Below, in pieces: positions 16,358 to 20,000 of a stretch of 20,000 nt of DNA (position 1 is the stretch's first letter; each line of letters begins with the position of its first letter). The stretch is taken from the IMG/VR virus record IMGVR_UViG_3300030060_003029, one strand, 5' to 3'. The notes beneath the pieces are model-generated. The model had not been told where the DNA came from. It ran no database searches and worked only from the letters and a program-made list of their open reading frames with translations. This DNA is from an uncultured virus (IMG/VR IMGVR_UViG_3300030060_003029) (Duplodnaviria; Heunggongvirae; Uroviricota; Caudoviricetes; Crassvirales). The position numbers and the translations under genes were made by a program.

Positions 16358-16382
16358 TAGGGGCAGTAGTTAGCTACCCCTA
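16358..16382 (-). other. Intergenic RNA hairpin downstream of ardC
   Basis: TAGGGGTAG/CTGCCCCTA stem on the minus strand, followed by an A-rich leader rather than a U tract. Confidence 0.6.
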
Positions 16383-16392
16383 ATTAATAATT

Positions 16393-17322
16393 CTATTTAT
16401 TTAGTATGTACTCTACTGCTTTTTGTGCTTGACTACTCGCATAAACAATCTCTCTTGGGTTGTTTTTTAGGTGCTTTATCCAACCATTGATGTATGCTTG
16501 ACTATTCTTGTCATTATCCTTTGGCTTTAGTCCTAATATGTTAGTTAGAAACATTGCACCTAATTCTGCGACTAATTCCTCTTGACTATATTTAGTCTTA
16601 TTAGAGTTTGTAGCGTTCAAAGTCTTTCTGTTTAATAAGTCCTTATGTCCTGTTGAATGAGTCAATTCGTGGAAGAATACTTTATAATAGTCATCAGATG
16701 AAATAAATGTATTTGGACTGCTCATGTTGATTAGATGTTGACTTGGCTTGTAGTGGCAACCAATGTTGTCTCTATGTTCCAATGTGGGCTTCTTTCTCAT
16801 ATTATCGTATACTGAATCTGCTTCTTTGATTGACTCAAATATACTACCCTTGATTACTTTTTGAATGTTGTGTTTGTCCTCTATGCCCTCAACACAATCA
16901 AGATTGAATACTCTAAAATAACTCGCACTCATTGACTTGTCAACATCTTTCATGGTGTAACCCTTTGGAATTACTAAATCTTCCAATCTACTGCCCTTTA
17001 GATATATTCTTTTGCCTTTGCTATCTGTTACAAAATAAGCTACTCTCCAATTGACTACAATGTCTGAAACACTACCTTTTTTAACTTTGCCACCTAAATT
17101 CTTAGCTTGATTAAATGTGATAAATTCTCTGCTTGAGTAGTTATTGAAGTACATTGACATACTCAATAACATTTGATTAATACCTTTGTAAATCTTGCCA
17201 GTGGTGTGACTTATCGTCATAGTATCTGTGTTACCTGCCCATGATTGAAACCACTCATGCCCACCTTCCTCAAGTCCTTTGATTACTTGCTCTGTGATAA
17301 TTTGATATACATCTTTTTTCAT
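16393..17322 (-). CDS. ardC: ArdC-like antirestriction protein (ssDNA-binding N-domain plus zincin metallopeptidase domain)
   Basis: DVYQIIT..VI..LE.G, TGK.YKGIN...L, ITFNQAK..GGKVKKG, FRVFN, HELTHSTGH (HExxH), YSQEELVAELGA, NSQAYINGW, AQKAVEYI. Confidence 0.92.
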   Translation of the reverse strand: MKKDVYQIITEQVIKGLEEGGHEWFQSWAGNTDTMTISHTTGKIYKGINQMLLSMSMYFNNYSSREFITFNQAKNLGGKVKKGSVSDIVVNWRVAYFVTDSKGKRIYLKGSRLEDLVIPKGYTMKDVDKSMSASYFRVFNLDCVEGIEDKHNIQKVIKGSIFESIKEADSVYDNMRKKPTLEHRDNIGCHYKPSQHLINMSSPNTFISSDDYYKVFFHELTHSTGHKDLLNRKTLNATNSNKTKYSQEELVAELGAMFLTNILGLKPKDNDKNSQAYINGWIKHLKNNPREIVYASSQAQKAVEYILNK

Positions 17323-17342
17323 AATAATTAGTTTAGTTTTTT

Positions 17343-17421
17343 AGTAATAGACACCCCTTCTAAGTCTTCCTCTTAGCGTACTAAGGGGTGTTTCGCTTTT
17401 TTAAAGCTCATCAGTATTACT
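17343..17421 (-). ncRNA. Type I hammerhead ribozyme
   Basis: Minus strand: stem I AGUAAUA, core CUGAUGA, stem II GCUUU/AAAGC, GAA, stem III ACACCCCUU/AAGGGGUGU, cleavage triplet GUC, stem I' UAUUACU. Confidence 0.92.
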
Positions 17422-17609
17422 TATTCCCATATATAATCATAATACTCATCTACTATAATTAGATTAACCTCTAAAGAATTGTGTATTTTACTTATGTGGT
17501 TAGTTTCCATATTATCATTTTCAATATGTTTAACTAATTTCTTCAAATCCCTTAATAATAATATCTTTGCTTCTTGATATTTTTTATCTGTATACTTAGC
17601 TTCATTCAT
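17421..17609 (-). CDS. Hypothetical protein
   Basis: 62-aa ORF whose stop abuts the ribozyme. Confidence 0.65.
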   Translation of the reverse strand: MNEAKYTDKKYQEAKILLLRDLKKLVKHIENDNMETNHISKIHNSLEVNLIIVDEYYDYIWE

Positions 17610-17633
17610 AATGTTTTAAATTTTAATTATTAA

Positions 17634-17801
17634 TTACTTTGCTCTTTCCTCTATTAATTCTTTTGCTATTTTTAAACTGAATTTAAGTGACATATCTAAT
17701 TGCCCTTCTAAATCTTTTAATTGCCCTTCCAATTCCTCTATTCTTTTTCTTTGCTTGATTATTGTATCATAATCTCTATCTCTTAATACCTCTGTTTTCA
17801 T
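17634..17801 (-). CDS. Hypothetical 55-aa coiled-coil protein, first gene of the early unit (not in ORF track)
   Basis: MKTEVLRDRDYDTIIKQRKRIEELEGQLKDLEGQLDMSLKFSLKIAKELIEERAK with an internal LEGQL repeat; AAACTAAACACATT-ATG leader. Confidence 0.65.
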   Translation of the reverse strand: MKTEVLRDRDYDTIIKQRKRIEELEGQLKDLEGQLDMSLKFSLKIAKELIEERAK

Positions 17802-17849
17802 AATGTGTTTAGTTTAAGTTAGTGATTAACCTCGTGTCAATCATTTCTG

Positions 17850-17880
17850 TAAAACTACAAAGACTTTTTTAATTTGCAAA
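17850..17880 (-). promoter_or_regulatory. Bacteroidota-type early promoter
   Basis: Minus strand TTTG-N19-TAGTTTTA, followed by a leader hairpin TGATTGAC/GTTAATCA. Confidence 0.65.
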
Positions 17881-17913
17881 CATTTTTTACATTATTTAAT
17901 TCTTCTTGAGGAA

Positions 17914-17932
17914 ATTTATAATGATTCTAAAT
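17914..17932. promoter_or_regulatory. 19-bp near-palindrome, Fur-box-like operator
   Basis: ATTTATAAT-G-ATTCTAAAT (9-1-9, one mismatch), about 33 nt upstream of the -33 element. Confidence 0.5.
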
Positions 17933-18252
17933 AAGGAATAGATGTACAATCTACTATTGGAATTGCGTATGATGTGCGATATAATAATACATTAAATTGA
18001 TAAAGTCAATAGATAATAAATAAAGTTATTAACAATTGTTAGTTGATTGTAAAATGTAAAGAAAATTAACAGAGGGGAATTGATTCTAATGAAGAAACAA
18101 AAACTTTTAATAGTATCGTGCCACACAAGATAGATATGCTCTTAAACGTAAGATTTTGAGGTAATTAGAATGTTTTATGATTCTTCAAATTGTTTTGGGG
18201 ATAATGTGTGTATTTTGTAAGGGGGTTATGTCAATTCTTTATACTACTCACA

Positions 18253-18302
18253 GAACACTCATTCCAGAATAGTTGTTGGAACACTCATTCCAAAATAGTT
18301 GT
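18253..18302. repeat. Direct repeat, two 24-nt copies with 26-nt period
   Basis: GAACACTCATTCCAGAATAGTTGT (18253-18276) and GAACACTCATTCCAAAATAGTTGT (18279-18302). Confidence 0.9.
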
Positions 18303-18568
18303 GGTCTTGCCTAATGTTTTGTAGTACATTGATTAGGTAGATAGATATAGTATGTAATGTCATTCACGTTACAATAGATACTATATATATGATATCTATA
18401 ATGTATGTAGTTAGTTGGGGGTGGGGGTAAATATATTCACTTGGGGATTAAAATTGCACGTAGCATATATGTATATAATACCCACCCTAAAAATTTCTCA
18501 AAAAAAATTTTAACACAAAAAAAATATTGACTTAACATTAGATTAACATGCTGGTGTTATATTGCAGT

Positions 18569-18640
18569 ATGAGAATAGAAGTTTCTAAAATAATATATGT
18601 TCTAATAATGATTGGCGTATACGTTGTTTCGCTATTCTAG
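18569..18640 (+). CDS. Possible 23-aa hydrophobic peptide
   Basis: MRIEVSKIIYVLIMIGVYVVSLF; begins 3 nt after a TATATTGC element, and its stop overlaps the convergent gene's stop. Confidence 0.45.
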   Translation: MRIEVSKIIYVLIMIGVYVVSLF

Positions 18641-18942
18641 CCAGCAGTGTAAGTCATAGCAGTAACATACTGGTAGATCCCAGAAGTCTTACTATGTTCT
18701 ATAGTGTGCAAACCATTTTTGTTTAAGATTTCAGATATGTCCCTAATTATAGTGCTTATATAGTGTTTATTTACAGTCAGCGTAATCAGGTCTGGGTCGA
18801 CTATATTGCCTTCAGCAGCGAAATATATAAATATAGATCCTGTTGTGCCTGAAGTATAGGATGAATACATGTACTTGAATATACTTTTATTAAATACATG
18901 TTCTGTTGTGTTTGCTGTAACTATAAAATTTATTGTGCCCAT
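18637..18942 (-). CDS. Hypothetical protein
   Basis: 101-aa ORF; start overlaps the upstream stop (TAATG). Confidence 0.7.
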   Translation of the reverse strand: MGTINFIVTANTTEHVFNKSIFKYMYSSYTSGTTGSIFIYFAAEGNIVDPDLITLTVNKHYISTIIRDISEILNKNGLHTIEHSKTSGIYQYVTAMTYTAG

Positions 18943-20000
18943 TAGCAGTATTTTCTTTTAGACATTCCACCCTTCTTGAATATGTTTTTCTTAGGGGGGG
19001 TTTTGCCTGTCTTCACATACATCTTTTCCTCTTTAGACTTGAGAACTCCTAACATGTCTCTTTTGTGTTTTTTACTATCCTCAGCACCTGATCCCTTTAG
19101 GTATTTATCTTGTAGAGTACCACCACTTACATATTTCCTTTTCTTTTTTACTACTCCACCTTTTTTCATCACAGCTTCTCCTGATGTTGATCCACCTCCA
19201 CCTTCTGCTTGATTAGCTTCTTTAGCAGCTCTTGCTTCATCCTGCTCTAATTGAGACATTCCCTCTCCTTCTTTACCACCTTCTTCTCCTATGACTTTTA
19301 TTTTTAATACTTTTCCAACACCTAGCTTACCTTTTCCTGCTTCACCTGACTTTCCTTGTTTCTTTTTACCAAGAAGGGCTAGGGGTCCCATGGCTATTGT
19401 TTGCATTAATCCACCTAAAAAAAATTTTTTTGAATCTTTATTTTTCTTATATCTAGAAACTCTTCCTTTAGTGTTTTTTTCCATTTTTGCTTTTCTTTTT
19501 TCCCCCTTACTTAATTCTGACCAAGTTGCTGGGGTATCTTTATTTATTCTTTTTGTTGGTCTAAAAGTGTTCTCTCCACCTTTGTNNNNNNNNNNACCTC
19601 CTTCGCCCCAGTTAGCAGCCCCTACTTTTCTACACTTAGCCATAGCACCACTTCTATAGGCAGAGGTCTTAGGGCCATATCTTGAAACAACTTTATGATA
19701 ACAAGCATCTTTTGTTGTACCACCACTAACATACTTCCTCTTAGCCATCTTAGCGTCTTGCTTAGGATTATGTTTTTTCTGAACAGGGAACGTAGCCTTC
19801 AAACTAGCTCCTTCATGCTTCTTGAATGGCTTATTGCCATGCTCCATTAATTTGTATTTACCACTACCCTTCTTCATGAAGTGGAATCCCTTAGGTGCAC
19901 TAACGCCACCTTTTTCATATTGTCTAACAGGGCTTTTCTTATTGGCTTTCACCATACATCCATCATCACAGTTCCATTTTCTTAAAGACTTGTTTATTCT
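18942..20000 (-). CDS. Lys-rich multidomain protein with repeated xxGG motifs; 5'-truncated and spanning an assembly gap
   Basis: The frame is open to the window edge (RINKSLRKWNCDDGC precedes M at 19955). Ten Ns at 19586-19595 make continuity uncertain. Confidence 0.65.
   Translation of the reverse strand, partial: RINKSLRKWNCDDGCMVKANKKSPVRQYEKGGVSAPKGFHFMKKGSGKYKLMEHGNKPFKKHEGASLKATFPVQKKHNPKQDAKMAKRKYVSGGTTKDACYHKVVSRYGPKTSAYRSGAMAKCRKVGAANWGEGGXXXXKGGENTFRPTKRINKDTPATWSELSKGEKRKAKMEKNTKGRVSRYKKNKDSKKFFLGGLMQTIAMGPLALLGKKKQGKSGEAGKGKLGVGKVLKIKVIGEEGGKEGEGMSQLEQDEARAAKEANQAEGGGGSTSGEAVMKKGGVVKKKRKYVSGGTLQDKYLKGSGAEDSKKHKRDMLGVLKSKEEKMYVKTGKTPPKKNIFKKGGMSKRKYC

Noticed and set aside
18253..18302. 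Possible mini-CRISPR array
   Set aside because: Only two copies separated by 2 nt; no spacer-length sequence and no cas genes.
19586..19595. Run of ten Ns as a biological feature or proof of a single ORF
   Set aside because: Assembly gap of unknown true length; frame continuity across it is unproven.
5060..19659. Plus-strand track ORFs (5060, 5499, 8711, 9378, 11344, 12990, 13678, 15577, 16114, 18976, 19291)
   Set aside because: They lie antisense to well-supported minus-strand genes or promoters and show no recognisable motifs.
1..20000. Stop-codon reassignment as in some crAss-like phages
   Set aside because: Genes are intact under the standard code, and TAA, TAG and TGA all end ORFs at sensible, often overlapping, boundaries.

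Overview
AT-rich segment of a tailed dsDNA phage genome, most likely infecting Bacteroidota/Flavobacteriia, judged by TTTG-N19-TAnnTTTG promoters, A-rich leaders without Shine-Dalgarno sequences and a DDLPF-tailed SSB. The left end (+ strand, 1-4863) holds the 3' part of a very large putative virion protein, a DUF5675 protein, two HNH-type genes and small ORFs. It converges on a long minus-strand early/middle unit (17801 to 4860): many tiny ORFs, ArdC-like antirestriction protein, DnaA domain-IV protein, Rad52/Sak-like annealing protein, RecE-like exonuclease, HTH protein, SSB, replication initiator, DnaB helicase, two PD-(D/E)XK nucleases and a holin. A non-coding control or terminus-like region (about 17802-18568) is followed by a Lys-rich multidomain protein punctuated by xxGG motifs. 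The clearest unannotated element is a complete type I hammerhead ribozyme (minus strand, 17343-17421) positioned to cleave 27 nt upstream of the ardC start codon. Other candidates: a promoter-driven small RNA matching early-gene start regions in antisense, DnaA-box-like repeats beside promoters in a phage encoding a DnaA DNA-binding domain, Fur-like and Pho-like boxes, and an ArfA-like tail on a nuclease ORF. All family assignments come from motif recognition by eye; no searches were run.
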